This document shows, in pieces, positions 26,551 to 40,190 of a stretch of 64,000 nucleotides of DNA; positions within the stretch are counted from its first letter, which is position 1; every line of letters begins with the position of its first letter. The notes below the pieces were generated by a model. The model was not told the origin of the DNA and ran no database searches. It saw only the letters and a list, made by a program, of their open reading frames with translations. This DNA is from Octopus vulgaris (Eukaryota), in NCBI GenBank assembly GCA_951406725.2, contig OX597814.1, positions 120,466,001 to 120,530,000 on the forward strand, given 5' to 3'. Made by a program: the position numbers and the translations under genes.

Positions 26551-27882
26551 TATCCATGATAGGACTCCCTTACGCTAGAAGGAACGGCTAAAGTCCAAAC
26601 CACTAATTAGGGTTAAATTTTCGAAGGGAATGAAAAATATAAACATTTACCATCTATTTCCTGGACCATGGTTTCTGACTTTTTTAGCAAATAATATCAT
26701 TTGCAAGGCGAAGTTTTCGTCAACAGGTATGCCAAAATTAAACATATAAAGACGAGGTCAATCCAGCAAGCGCCTTTTTCTTATACATTAAAATTTTTCA
26801 AAACCATTGCGAAAGCGCAGTTTTTTGTCGGCGGCAAAAAAAATGCCCGCAATTTCTTCGAACGAATTTTTCAGAAAGCATTATACATAATTAATAATAT
26901 CGGCTCAGTGGTTAGAGCGTCGAGCTTACGATCGTGAGGTTGTGAGCTCGAATCCCGGACCGGGCTGCGTGTTGTGTTCTTGAGCAAGGCACTTTATTTT
27001 CACGTTGCTCCAGTTCACTCAGCTGTAGAAATGAGTTGCGGCGTCACTGGTGCCAAGCTGTATCGACCTTTGTCTTTCCCTTGGATAACACTGGTGGCTT
27101 GGAGAGGGGAGGCTGGTATGCATGGGCGACTGCTGGTCTTCCATAAACAACCTTGCCCGGACTTGTGTCTAGGAGGGTAACTTTCTAGGTGCAATCCCAT
27201 GGTCATTCATGACCGAAGGGGGTCTTTACCCTCAATAAAGATTTTAGAAATTTTTACTACCAGTGGCCTAGCGTATAGAAATATTAGTCAATATACTTTA
27301 TATAATTCTTATAAAATACAGTGTACATTTACACACATTAAGATGTATCCATCCTATTACTCCCGTATGCTAAAAGGAACAGCTAAAGTCCAATCCATTA
27401 ATTAGGGAATACATTTTCGAAGGGAATGAAAAATAAAAACTATGACCATCTATTTCCTGGACCAGGTTTCTGCCTTTTTTTAGCCAAAAATAATTTGTCA
27501 GGCGAAGTCTTCGTCAACAGGTAAGCCAAGATTAAACATATAAACACGAGGTCATTCCTCTTGCTTATACACCACGCAAGCGCAGTTTTTGTCGGCAGCA
27601 AAACATGCCGGCTATTTCTTCCAACGGATTTTCCGGAAATCATTATACATAATTAATAATATCAGGGTAATAAAGATTGTAGACATTTTTACATGAGTAC
27701 AGAAAAATTAGTCAATAGACTATATATTATTCATATGATGTACAGTGTACATTAACGTGTGTAAATCTACACTGTATTTTATATGAATAATATGTAGCGT
27801 ATTGACTAATTTTTCAATACACTAGTCCACCGCTAGTAAAAAATTCTAAAATCTTTATTAACTAGATGTTATTAATTATATA
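26551..27882. repeat. Diverged tandem duplication (~410-460 bp unit) plus an inverted partial third copy
   Basis: 26551-27345 (excluding the inserted SINE) aligns with 27346-27756; 27757-27882 is the reverse complement of the unit tail. Confidence 0.85.
26902..27232 (+). mobile_element. tRNA-derived SINE family C
   Basis: ggctcagtggttagagcg...gagctcgaatccc tRNA-like head, then ttgagcaaggcactt and cactcagctgtagaaatgagt central motifs; absent from the second tandem unit. Confidence 0.85.
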
Positions 27883-27904
27883 TATATATATACGTATTTA
27901 TGTA

Positions 27905-29135
27905 CAGGGTTCGGTGAATGAACTGTCGTCTAAATTACACAGAAATGAAAATATCACTGACACCTCATTTTATCAGATATAAAATTAAAGTATCTTGAAA
28001 TAGTAAAGAGTAAATTTATTCAATAAAATCGCCATTGGTTTCATTCCATGGCCTCGCAACGGCTTCGGAAGTTCCTCCAACTCTTCTGGACGGTCTTCCT
28101 TTTTAAGTTGGTGAATGCTGCTGGCTGTGTGGTAAGTTGCTTGTTTACCAACCACATGGTTCCGGGTTCAGTCCCACTGCGTGGGACCTTGGGCAAGTGT
28201 CTTCTACTATAGCCTCGGGCCGACCAAAGCCTTGTGAGTGGATTTGGTAGACGGAAACTGAAAGAAGCCCGTCGTATATATGTATATATATGTATGTATA
28301 TGTGTGTGTGCGTGTATGTTTGTGTTTGTCCCCCTAGCATTGCTTGACAACCGATGCTGGTGTGTTTACATCCCCGTCACTTAGCGGTTCGGCAAAAAGA
28401 GACCGATAGAATAAGTACTGGGCTTACAAAGAATAAGTCCCAGGGTCGAGTTGCTCGATTAAAGGCGGTGTTCCAGCATGGCCGCAGTCAAATGACTGAA
28501 ACAAGTAAAAGAGTAAAAGAGAGTAAGAGTATGGTGTTTCAGGGAGTTTTGCTGGTCTCTCGCTCAAATACACCCCATGCATAATAATCAATCGGGTTGC
28601 AGTCTAGGGAGTTAAGGCTAATTTGGTCACAGAAATTAGCCGACAGCCATGAGTGGGTTCTCCTACTTGTATGGCATTGTACAGAACCCTGTTGCCAGAC
28701 ATAGGATCCTCCAGCAGTCACCCTCTTAACACAGGGCAGCACTTCCTCCTCCAGGGACTTCATGCAGACCGCCTTGTTGAATCTGAGGCCCTGTAGGAAG
28801 ATGAATGGAGGCATAATGTCGCCATCACATGTTCACTGGATGTTCACACATATCACTCTCGGTATATGTTCTCAGATTGCATTGCTCACAGATTGATACC
28901 AAAACACTAACAATTGTTCGTATTGGAACTTCCGGAGAAAATACCAAGCAGTACACCCTGTCGTTTCTAACTTTCTGGCAGAGTGAATTGCAACATGGTG
29001 CTGTGTTTTTCACAGACGGTGTCCGACTAACCATACTATACTGTGTAGTCGACGAAATCAAAAACAAACAAACAATGTGCTTGCGCGAGATAAAAATATA
29101 AACTGGCGACAAGTTATCCCTCGCACGTTTTATGT
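27905..29135 (-). mobile_element. Internally deleted maT/DD37D element interrupted by a SINE
   Basis: MPPFIFLQGLRFN..VLPCVKRVTAGGSYVWQQGSVQCHTS..SLDCNPIDYYAWG; TIR at 27905 after TA; degenerate second TIR near 29100-29135. Confidence 0.85.
28122..28530 (+). mobile_element. SINE family A nested in the maT element
   Basis: Alignable to the other copies. Confidence 0.95.
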
Positions 29136-29652
29136 ATATCTGTATCAATGTAATCACGGATGGATGTACACATATCATACTTAACCACGAAAGCAATCAT
29201 AACAATTGTATATACTTCTGAGTCATTCAACGAATGTGTAAAAGTATAAGTATATCAGAGGTTCTTGTCCTAACGTAAATCACTATTAAGTATATATTAG
29301 ATAAACAGTTTATCTATTTATAGATCTCAGTTTATTTTCAACTTTCTAAATTCAATAAACAAGAAATAATTGTCTGTAATATAACATATATATGCATATA
29401 TTCATACACGTATGCATGCATACGAATACCATCAAAGAGGCGGAGGCAGACACGTGCACACAAACACATACACATACACACACACACACACACTGAAACA
29501 GGCACACCTGCTCACACACATACACACACACCGACTCAAGCTTATACAAAATGTAAATAATTTTCCAAATTTCCATATATACATTAACATGCTTCTACAT
29601 AACTTTTCCACATATTCCCTTTGCTCTCTTTCTCCTTCTATATCTATATATG

Positions 29653-29687
<35 letters not shown>

Positions 29688-29799
29688 ATGAACATAGAAA
29701 GATACACACGCAAACATATACATCTATCTGTGTTCGTATGTCTATATCTATCTATCTTTTTATCTATCTACTTATCGATCTACATTCCAAAATGTAACT

Positions 29800-29962
29800 A
29801 TTTGTAGATTTTTGGCGATTTTTCCCTTTGTCTTGGAATTTCCTCTGTCTCCTGTTACTGAAGAACTTTACCGGGAACGTAAAACACCCTTTCTTTCTTT
29901 GTATGTACCACGTTCTTGCGTTCTTGTTTTCTTTACTTGTGTTTTTCTTCTTTATTAAATTC
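29800..29962 (+). mobile_element. Degenerate relative of repeat family F with a hammerhead-like core
   Basis: gtta-CTGAAGA-actttaccg-GGAAC-GTA-aaac, then ccacgttcttgcgttcttg resembling 58568-58590. Confidence 0.45.
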
Positions 29963-30067
29963 ATTTATATATATATATATATATATATGTGTGTTTGTGT
30001 GTATGGATATGCATATATATACATATACATAAATATATATATGTGTGTGTGTTTGTGGGTCTGTATA

Positions 30068-30509
30068 GGCGTAGGAGTGGCTGTGTGGTAAGCAGCTTGC
30101 TTACGAACCACATGGTTCCGAGTTCAGTCCTACTACGTGGCACCTTGGGCAAGTGTCTTCTACTATAGTTTCGGGTCGACCAAAGCCTTGTGAGTGGATT
30201 TGTTAGACGGAAACTGAAAGAAGCTCGTCGTATATATCTATATATATATATGATGTGTGTGTGTGTGTGTTTGTGTGTGAGTGTGTGTGTGCATACACTT
30301 GTCTGTCTGTGTTTCTCCCCCCAACATCGCTTGACAACCGATGGTGGTGTGCTTACGTCAACATAACTTAGCAGTTCGGCAAAAGAGACCGATAGAATAA
30401 GTAATATGCTTACGAAGAATAAGTCCTAGGGTCGATTTGCTCGACTAAAGGCAGTGCTCCAGCATGACCACAGCCAAATGACTGAAACAAGTAAAAGAGT
30501 AAAAGAGTA
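30068..30509 (+). mobile_element. SINE family A, full length
   Basis: Alignable to the other copies. Confidence 0.95.
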
Positions 30510-31205
30510 ATGAGTATATATATAGATGCATATTTATGTATATGTATGTATAGAGATAGATACACTTACACACGCATTAACGCAGATATATGTGTGTGTG
30601 TGTGAATATGCGATCATGTATACATATGTATACATATGTATACACACGTACATACTTATATATACATACATACTTACGGACGCACAAATAGACGCCTCAC
30701 TTGTGGAAACAAAGATACCCAGTAACAGATAGGCAATGCTTCAAGTATTCTCTTGCCGTGCTATTAATCGATATATGTTTTGGAAAACAAAATCACGACA
30801 TTTACCAATTTTGGCTTTTATCCAATATTTTCAAATCGGAATCCTATATTTTATTCTAATCCTGCTGTTACTTACAGGAGATTAGAGCAATGTCATATCG
30901 CCTTCTCATCATTTTCATATGGTCGCCAACATAAAGATTGATTTTTCCTTACCAGATCTATGCAGTTAATGATATGCACATCAAAATATATTGGAGTGAT
31001 GTAGCTCTAAAGCAAAGATTTTATTTCGTAAAAATATTTTGTTTTTCTCTTTTCTTTTGTTGTTTTGGTGGTCAGCTTAACATTGATTCAACAATGTATG
31101 CCACTTTCAGTAAAACGAAAATACTTTGATGTCTATTTAATTCCACTTTTAATAGTACATTTGATGTTCATATATACACGCACACAGAAAAACACATATG
31201 TATAT

Positions 31206-33030
31206 TAGGGTTATGGCTTTTCACAACCTAATAACTCTGTACTGCAATTCGATGAATACTTTTACGAAAGTCAGGAAGCTAATATGTTGTTTGCTTTATT
31301 TTGACATAACGTCACCCCTAAATCAAGGAATTGATAACCACTTTTTACCCAAATCATGCAAAATTCTCCTGGGGTGTTCATAACCCATGCTCAAAATTTT
31401 CCAAACTTGGTGTGCTGACTCAATGCAATGCAGAAGTGAAATATTATATCTGAAATATCAGCTTTCTACTTCGAGTAGTTTCGAAGTTATGGGCTTTTAA
31501 AACTATAATCACAAAGTGGAACTAGATTCCCACTTCGGTATTTCTGCTGCCGAAATCCTTGTAAACGCAAGGGTGGTGTGGAATAAAAGTGCTTTTGTAT
31601 ATTTTAATGATGCAAAGGTTCGAAACTAGGCTATTTAAATGTAGCGGTCACTATAACCACTCGATAACATAAAATTAAAAGCAATACATATTTTTAACTT
31701 TATAGGTTTAATTCCAATTTTAAATAACTGTATAAGAAAAAGGGTGCTGGTAGTTAGCAAATTTGTTAGCACAACAAAGAATTAATATGTTTTGTTTGGT
31801 AAAATAAACTGTAGCTGACGTTTCTCCTTCTTTTTATGAACGTCATAAAGATCCTGAAGGCACTTGTTTGCCCGTTCTGCAATCTGACTTGTTCTGGAAA
31901 TTTTTGGTTTTGATGGTTCTCAACTCCAAAAGTTTTTTTTTTCAAAGTGTTCAATGGTTTTTATGAACTTACAGGCTACCAGATAACTTCTGATAATCAT
32001 GTGCATTGAACATTTGGTCACTTAACAAAACATTTTCCCAGCTGTAAGAGATGAATCGACAACCATTCAGAAGCAAATTCCTTTTCTCTGGTAGAAGTAT
32101 AAATACCAAAAGAGCAGCTAGTATTGCTCGAGAATTCCAACGTGCTTTACTTAAGTTGGGTATTTTTTGTAACTTTACAATAGGAAATTTGCCGGTTTTT
32201 TCAAGAGAACGAAAAACTTTGGTCCAATGAAATAGAAATTTCATGCCATGTCACACCATCTTGCTGATTCAGTAATCTTTTCTTCGACATTAATAAAATT
32301 AGCCCGGAGATTCTCGTAATTACTAAGAAGCTCTGGGATTAAGGTATATTCAATATTAGGAGATTACTTTTTTCTCCAAGTTCGTAATCCACTACCATAC
32401 GAAGAACTCTATCAAGGATACGATGCTGACAACCAATAAATTGCGGTTCTTTGAAACCCTTTTGAGTAAACAGTCTTTGCAACTGAATGATAATGTCGTT
32501 TCTTTTCCCAGTGACCACATTCGTTGTATCTGCGACCGTCATTTTTACACAGCTCCATAAATTGTATTCATCTAAACCAGCTGTATTTCCTTTCAAAACA
32601 CTATCGGCTTTTCCCTTTGGTAACTGAAGTGCTTCTAATTTAATATCTCTGTTCATTCTTCAAAATGCAATGACCAATTTTTCTTAATTTTCGTTTCTTA
32701 GTTTAACAGCTTCTTTGATAGTCGATATGTAAATACCAGATTGGGAAGGGGTCATGACGTTGATTCCATCTTGAGATAATGTTCGACAAAGTTTTGCTGC
32801 CTTTATTGTTGATAGTTTGGAAGGTATTACTAACTTGGTTGCATGTCCAATTTTTGGTATACTTCATCCTGGTTTGTGTAGATACTTCATTTGATATTCA
32901 TTTTCAGTCTCTGCTTTAGACGTTGATGATGACTCCGAAATTGCTATGCTTTGGGTCAAAAGTGGTGTTAGATTTCTTCAATTGGGGGTGACAGTTTTTA
33001 ACAAAACTTAAAATAAAGGTTATTTTCCCT
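31206..33030 (-). mobile_element. Decayed hAT-like (hATm-type) DNA transposon
   Basis: ADTTNVVTG, IGCQHRILDRVL (CxxH-like) and ARWNSRAI motifs in ORFs 32339-32656 and 31969-32244; imperfect inverted repeats at 31311-31362 / 32941-32993; left end TAGGGT. Confidence 0.7.
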
Positions 33031-33465
33031 GATTATATGAAATACACATGCATGTTTGCTCACGTGCGAATACGCACATTCGTATATTAATATAACATGA
33101 TCATTTCGTGTAAGCTCTACTTATCACCTGTGATGCTGCTCCCCATCATGTAGAGAGTGGAGGCCTATCGATCATTTCTTCCTGCGAGGCGCGTTATACC
33201 TTGAACATTACAGTCATTTGATACAAATTAATGTTGATTTATTTTACACTAGTTTCTATCAGATGCCTACAGTATATAATTATTTGTTATGAAACAATTA
33301 AAATATAGTAAATGTAGGGAGGAATATACAAAACGATATTACATTGGGATACTCGCTGATAGAGTAGTTAGCAGAATGATTGGGTATAATATGAAGTGTC
33401 CTTAAATAGGTCTGAAACGCTATTTTGAGATGACAGTTGAAAGTGGGTATCAAGGGAATCAGAAA

Positions 33466-33509
<44 letters not shown>

Positions 33510-33988
33510 TTGCCGTAAGGCTTCGTTTCCATACACGCCAGCTGAATTCAATTCGTCCCCAGTCGAAAGACGCCTGTCGTTATGTCCTGTTATTATTATT
33601 ATTATTGTTGTTGTTTTATTGCAATTTTGTATCTATATTCGTGTAACATCGTCTGTTTTTCCGTCCTTGTTTCGTATATATTCGATGCTTTTTTTCCAAA
33701 GAATCTAATGCACTTAGCTTAGCTTTACCTTGGAGCGGGCCAGACTGGAGCAATCACAGCCGAAATTGCGAGGATGATCCGGTTCTTAACTGAAGATAAA
33801 AGGTTTCGAATGACACGTCCGTGTTTTTTTATGTATCGTCTATCTGTATATTTTGTTGTCCCTTTTTGTATCACCTAGTTGTCCGGATGTTTGCGTTCTT
33901 GTCACATTGTGTATTTTATTATATATATAGATATATCTGTGTTATATATCTGTGTACTTTCATACACACACACACATACAGACAAATG

Positions 33989-34025
<37 letters not shown>

Positions 34026-37000
34026 TTGTGTGTTTGCTTGTATGTATGTGTGTGTGTATGTCTGTATGCATATGTAAGCTAGTATGTGTGCATCCTGATG
34101 TAGGAAAATGTGCATGTAAAGAGAGAGGTATGTCCAAAGAATTTCTCTTCGTTTCTAAATTTCTGCATCATGCTAAACAAGCACCCAAAGTAGATCGTTT
34201 ACCTCATTTCGCCAACAATAGGGTAATAAAACACCATGTTTTTTTTCTCTTCCTGATAGAATTATAAACGAATTTTCATGTCATTTCATGGAAACAAAAG
34301 AATGAAGTACAATACAGTAAACAAGTTGTTTATTACCTAAAAAGTCTTACACAAGTAAAATCTTATGTTTGTGCATTTCAATTTCCTCCAACCATTTGCT
34401 GATATCATTTTATTTCGCTGATTGCAGAGGCGAATTGCTTTCCCATTACTGTTTTACATTATCATTTAACTCACCAGACAGATGGTCGTTTCATTGCGTC
34501 TGAAACTCATTAATTTATTCATGAAGAGTTGTGATGAGCGTCTCTTCTCAGTTATTATTGAACTGAAGTAAAATAGTGTGCTTGCTATTTCAGATACAAC
34601 AGCTTATTTGCTTGGTCGTTGACGGCTAATAATTTCAATTAGTTCTAAAATTGAGCCATTAGACTAAAAGCCAACAACTTTCAATCCAATCATTCATGCA
34701 TATATGATGAAACTCTGACGTTATTTTAGATCGTTATATATATATATATTGTCATAGACGTGCCTTATACATTTTAGGCAAAACACTCAAAATGCAACAT
34801 TTAGGTTATTTTATTGTTCTCCAAGTATATTTTGAAGAGGATTACTAATTCATAAAAGATGCAACATTTGTTGTCTCTTATAGAATTTTTGATATTTGTT
34901 TCATAATACACACACACGCAGAAACATATATATGAAACAGACATGTGAATGTATGTGTGTGTGTGTGTGTGTGTGAGTGTATGTGTATGTTTATATAGAT
35001 ATGTTAACATTCTAATTCTAAAACATTGCAAGTTATAAAAACAATATAGACTTATGGAAGTAGTTATCTAGTATCTAGTATTTCTACATTTCGGGTTCAG
35101 GTCTGCTTCACCAAGAAATTTACTGAGAAGAGAAGTTGACAACTGACACCTCTACACTCGAGCGTGGGTTTATATGAAAAGTTGCTTTGCGTTGCTAAGG
35201 TATCCTTCAGCTGCCTGTATTTCAGAGCGGTTATTGAGTCTGGGCTGTAATCGTTAATGAAAACAGATTCTTTTGTTATTGTTTCATTCAGTAGTTGCAA
35301 AGGAAGCTTGGAACACGTGAGTGTGACATTCCCGTATGTGAATTTTGACGGAAGAAGCATTAGTGTAGAGGTGATATTTAGTCTGTATGTGAACTTCACT
35401 GACAGTATTTCAAATTCCTTACATTTGTCATGAATTGCTTTAAATTAGGACTCAACTCGGAGAAGTCCTGGGATATGCCAGTGGTATATATAATTCCACC
35501 CCAACGATAATATGGCAGATTAAAGTAGTTCATTTTTCGTTAAAATGTCAGTTTCACAAAACACGTTATTCTTGGATGTCTGGGTTTTGTTATCTGGTGA
35601 TTTCCTGGTATTTACTGAAAATTATAGAGGACCATCTTTTTCATGACTTTTCTGGAGTTGACGGTGTTGATGCATTTGCTTCCTGCATCTCTGCATCTAC
35701 TGCGTATCCTGTGGATATTGTTTCTAATGTAGAAATGTGTAATGCCGTTTTTCTCTACCAAGTCATGTTCTGTGACTTTATGCACAAAATCAAGCAAAGA
35801 TAAGGAACGAGTTTTATAGGGGTGTTCCCCTTCGAATTTTATAAATTTTATTGTACATGTTGTATATTTTACTTACCTCCCCGCAAGATGATGCTAATAT
35901 GAGAATATCATTTAATTTTCTGGCGAAGAAGGGACAGATGTGACAAATGTTGTGTTCCCTACGTTCAAACCGGCCCATATATGGGATGAGCTATAGGCTT
36001 CGCAAGCTTGACCCAGTTTTGTGTTCAGAGTTTTGTTCGTAAATATACCCCGCAACAGATATGCATATGCAAGTATTTATATATGTAGGTATGTATATAT
36101 GCATATATGTGTACGTACATGTATACATATATATATATATGTGTGTGTGTATGTGTGTGTATACTTATATATATTAATTACTTAAATAGTGAAAATTCAG
36201 TTGTCTATATTCAATTGTTTGTATGTTTGTATATATTCTATTAAAAATGACTTCACACCAGAACAAAATCGGAAAGCTCTCAGCGTGACTTGTTTCAACA
36301 TCTACGTATAGTCATGAATAACAGGCTAATATTTACAAGAAATTAAACTTCGCAGTTACACACTCACAGAGAAATATGCATCTGTATTATTTGCGCCTGT
36401 TTAGCCTAGTTTTGTTTGCTCCATTTTTTCTTTGTATTAGTAGCTATAACACTTAGACAATGAACTTCATATACAATCCAACATCTCGTTGGATATTATA
36501 AATAATAAAGTTATTTATGCGGCATTAGTAAACAGGTAGTTTTGATGGCCTCTGATATTTTTATTGTTTACCGCAATCAATATTTTTCCGCTGTAGTAAT
36601 TCTGTATGGAGTTGATTCTGGTTTCTTTAATAATTTACTGAATGAAGTTGCCGCAAAATTCATAAATACAACTTGAGTATTTTAGCTAAAAATAAGGTAC
36701 TTTATCAATTCCGGTTGGTTTCAAATTCCTAACACTAATTACATTGGGGAATTACTCTCTATTTTTGCTCCGTAATGTTTGTTGTGTTACATATTCTTCT
36801 TCATTTCATTTCTAATCCATTGAACACTTTGTGTTCAACATTGTTAATTCATATTTTCTGCTACGTTGTCATTTCTGTTGAAGTTAGTGTCATATATGAT
36901 CATGCACTTTTTGTTTTTGTTGATGTAGATGTATGATATTTTGTTCTTTTGGATATTTAAAAAAAAAGATTTTTTGCACTGATTTATAATGCCATTTTTA

Positions 37001-37092
37001 TGAAAGAAGATATCACGCTTTTCGAAGCATATTATACTGCATGACAATCGCCTTGAAGTCTCCCCTTCATGTTCATGTTAACGTCACTTCTT

Positions 37093-37303
<211 letters not shown>

Positions 37304-37983
37304 ATAGTTTAGATGTTTAAAAAACATTTTTCCTTTAATATTGATATATTTTACTTAATTTTATCATTTAGAAGGAAACAAAACTCGTCCGTGTTTGCAT
37401 TATTTTGGTATTTCTTTCTCATTGTTATCATTACTTTATGTTTTCTTTACATCAATCCATAATTTGGTTTCAAATGATCAGCCTTGATCAACTTTGTCTT
37501 TATCAGTCGGTGTTCGATAAATACACATTTGTAACATCCTAGATATCAATTTCGATTAAGTGCCTTATGTGTTCTACCGAGAGGTGTGGCCTAGGTAAAA
37601 ATCATTACTGTAATGGAATAGCAGTAACCAGGGAGTAACTTGCAGTAATTTAGTAATATAGCATATTTCTGTGTGTTGCAATATCATATGAAATGCTCAT
37701 TAAGTGTACTGGTTATAATTTAATCGGCAATATCCTTCGTTTTTGAAATCGGTAGACCGAACTGAATGGAGAGTGTATAGGTCAGCAGATTTATGATCAG
37801 TGTAAGTGAGGGGCCCTAAGTTGTGCAACCCAAAATAAGATGGCTAAGGTACAAACGAAACGATCTTTGTTACGTCTCAATGCCTGATGTTACGTGTATA
37901 TTCTAATATCCAATCATATGTATTTATGCATGCATGTCTGTATGTATGTTTGTATGTATATGTATTTATAAATCTTTCTCATT

Positions 37984-38373
37984 GGCGCAGGAGTGGGTTT
38001 CTGGTAAGTAGCTTGTTTACCAACCACATGGTTCCAGGCTCAGTCCCACTGCATGGCACCTTGGGGAAATGTCTTCTACTATAGCCTCAGGCCGACCAAA
38101 ATCTTGCGAGTGGATTTGTTAGACGGAAACTCAAAGAAACTTGGCGTATATATGTGTGTGTGTGTGTGTGTGTGTTTGTTTGTTTGCTGGTCCCCGCTTA
38201 ACAACCGATACTGGTGTGTTTATATCCCCGTAACTTAGCGTTTCGGCAAAAAGTGGTCGATAGGATAAGTATTAGGCTTACAGAGAATAGGTCTTGGGTT
38301 CGATTTGCTCGACTGACGGCGGTGCTCCAGCATGGCCGAACTCACCTGTGTGAAACAAATAACAGAATAAAAG
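37984..38373 (+). mobile_element. SINE family A, diverged
   Basis: Alignable to the other copies. Confidence 0.9.
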
Positions 38374-38617
38374 AATCGTATATATTTATACTCGTATACA
38401 AACGTGTATATATATGTGTGTGTGTGTGTGCATGTGTATTTGCATGTGTGTATTTATATATGCATATACATATATGTATGTCAATATGTATACACCCTCC
38501 CAATATATATATATATATATATATACGAGTGAGTGAACAAACGAAAAAATGGCACTCAAATTTGTCGGTACTCGAATTTGAATCAAACTATTTTTATCTA
38601 TCTATCTATCTATCTTC

Positions 38618-38764
<147 letters not shown>

Positions 38765-39479
38765 TGTGGGAGATTGTAGTGTCCGTGTGTGTGTGTGTGG
38801 TAGGTGTGTCCTTGCAAATATTTATGAGATTGTAGTATAGTTAGCATCTAACATCACGGTTATGTCACCAATGATTCTTTCCAGTTTTCTTACTTGGTAA
38901 GAATGTACAAAAGGAAATACATCCGGCCCTAGAAAATTTCTCTCGAGAAAGTCTGTGGACCCATGCAAACATGAGTAAATAAATGTTAAAAAATGATGAT
39001 CAAGAATATGATGATGATAATGACACACACACACACGTATATGAAGATATATAAAATATATATAGGAGAAAGTAAGAAGAAAAATATGGCGAAAATGCAC
39101 ATTGGAAATCGAAAAAAGTAAGGGTTTTTATGGAAAGTAACGATAGATATATACAATTAGATGAACTGAGGTCGGAATAAAATAATAGAAGTCATTATTG
39201 TACATTGTTGAAGAGATTTAAAAGCATAACCGTTTTCCTATATCACTAATCATTGTCTTGAATGCACATTGACTAATGAACAGTGTCAGGTCTATTAGTC
39301 CCTCAGAACAAAGATTATGTGTAAGTGAGGTAAGTAGTTCCGGATTTGGTGCAATGAATGTAAATATAGATCTGTAATGTGAATTGTTTATGGGATATAT
39401 GGGGGTTAGTGGTATTAATGGAAATATTAGTAATGTTCTGTATTATGTTATGTCTTCATATTGTGTTGGGGAAGATATG

Positions 39480-40190
39480 TATGGATGGATGTTGCCTCTT
39501 TATTCATTATTTGTTGCATTAGGTGTTCTGTGAACATTTTAATAGAAGGGGAAAATTAAGAAATTTGGATTAAGATTCCTAGCGAACATTTCTATGGGTT
39601 CACTAATCTTTAACTGTCTGTATTGTGGGTGGCGGATTTGTTCTTTGTGGAGAGTGGTTCTTCGACGGAGTAATATTCCTTTTTGGCCAATATAATTGTT
39701 ACCACATCCGAAAAATGTAATGGCAGATATTACAATTTCCGAGGCACAGGTGAAATTTGATTTGATCTTAAATATTTCACCTCGTTTAAAGTGGAATTCT
39801 TAGCCCTCCAAAAGGTGGGGCATGTACTGCAGTTAGGTCCACCATATTTTTTCCCTTTTGGTTCTGTTGTTCATGGATATAGTCTTATGCTTTTAATTTT
39901 TTTTTCAGTGATTTAGGTTGCCTTTTGCTTTTGATAATTCTGTATGAGCTTAAAATTTTGTTCGTTGTTCTATCTCCTGTGAGGATTGGAAGATTTTGGG
40001 TAATAAATGAAGGTATTAAACAAGATAAGGCAATAGATATACGAACATTACGAGAAGCCAGCCGAAATACTAAACCAGATTTAAAAATAGTCCCGTACAT
40101 CTCCACACATAACCCTAGAAACAACGAAGCCTTCAACATTATCATTGAAAAACCTCCCATCCTTACAGGAGATAAAACAATGAACAAATG
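39480..40190 (-). mobile_element. Penelope-like element relic (GIY-YIG endonuclease) with an inverted 5' segment
   Basis: Minus strand: FKIKSNFTCASEIVISAITFFGCGNNYIGQKGILLRRRTTLHKEQIRHPQYRQL, preceded by CxxC. The upstream part (VPYISTHNP) lies on the plus strand at 40005-40190. Confidence 0.85.

Noticed and set aside
26902-26962. tRNA gene
   Set aside because: It lacks a complete acceptor stem and runs directly into a SINE body; the same applies to the tRNA-like heads at 48915-48986 and in families A and B.
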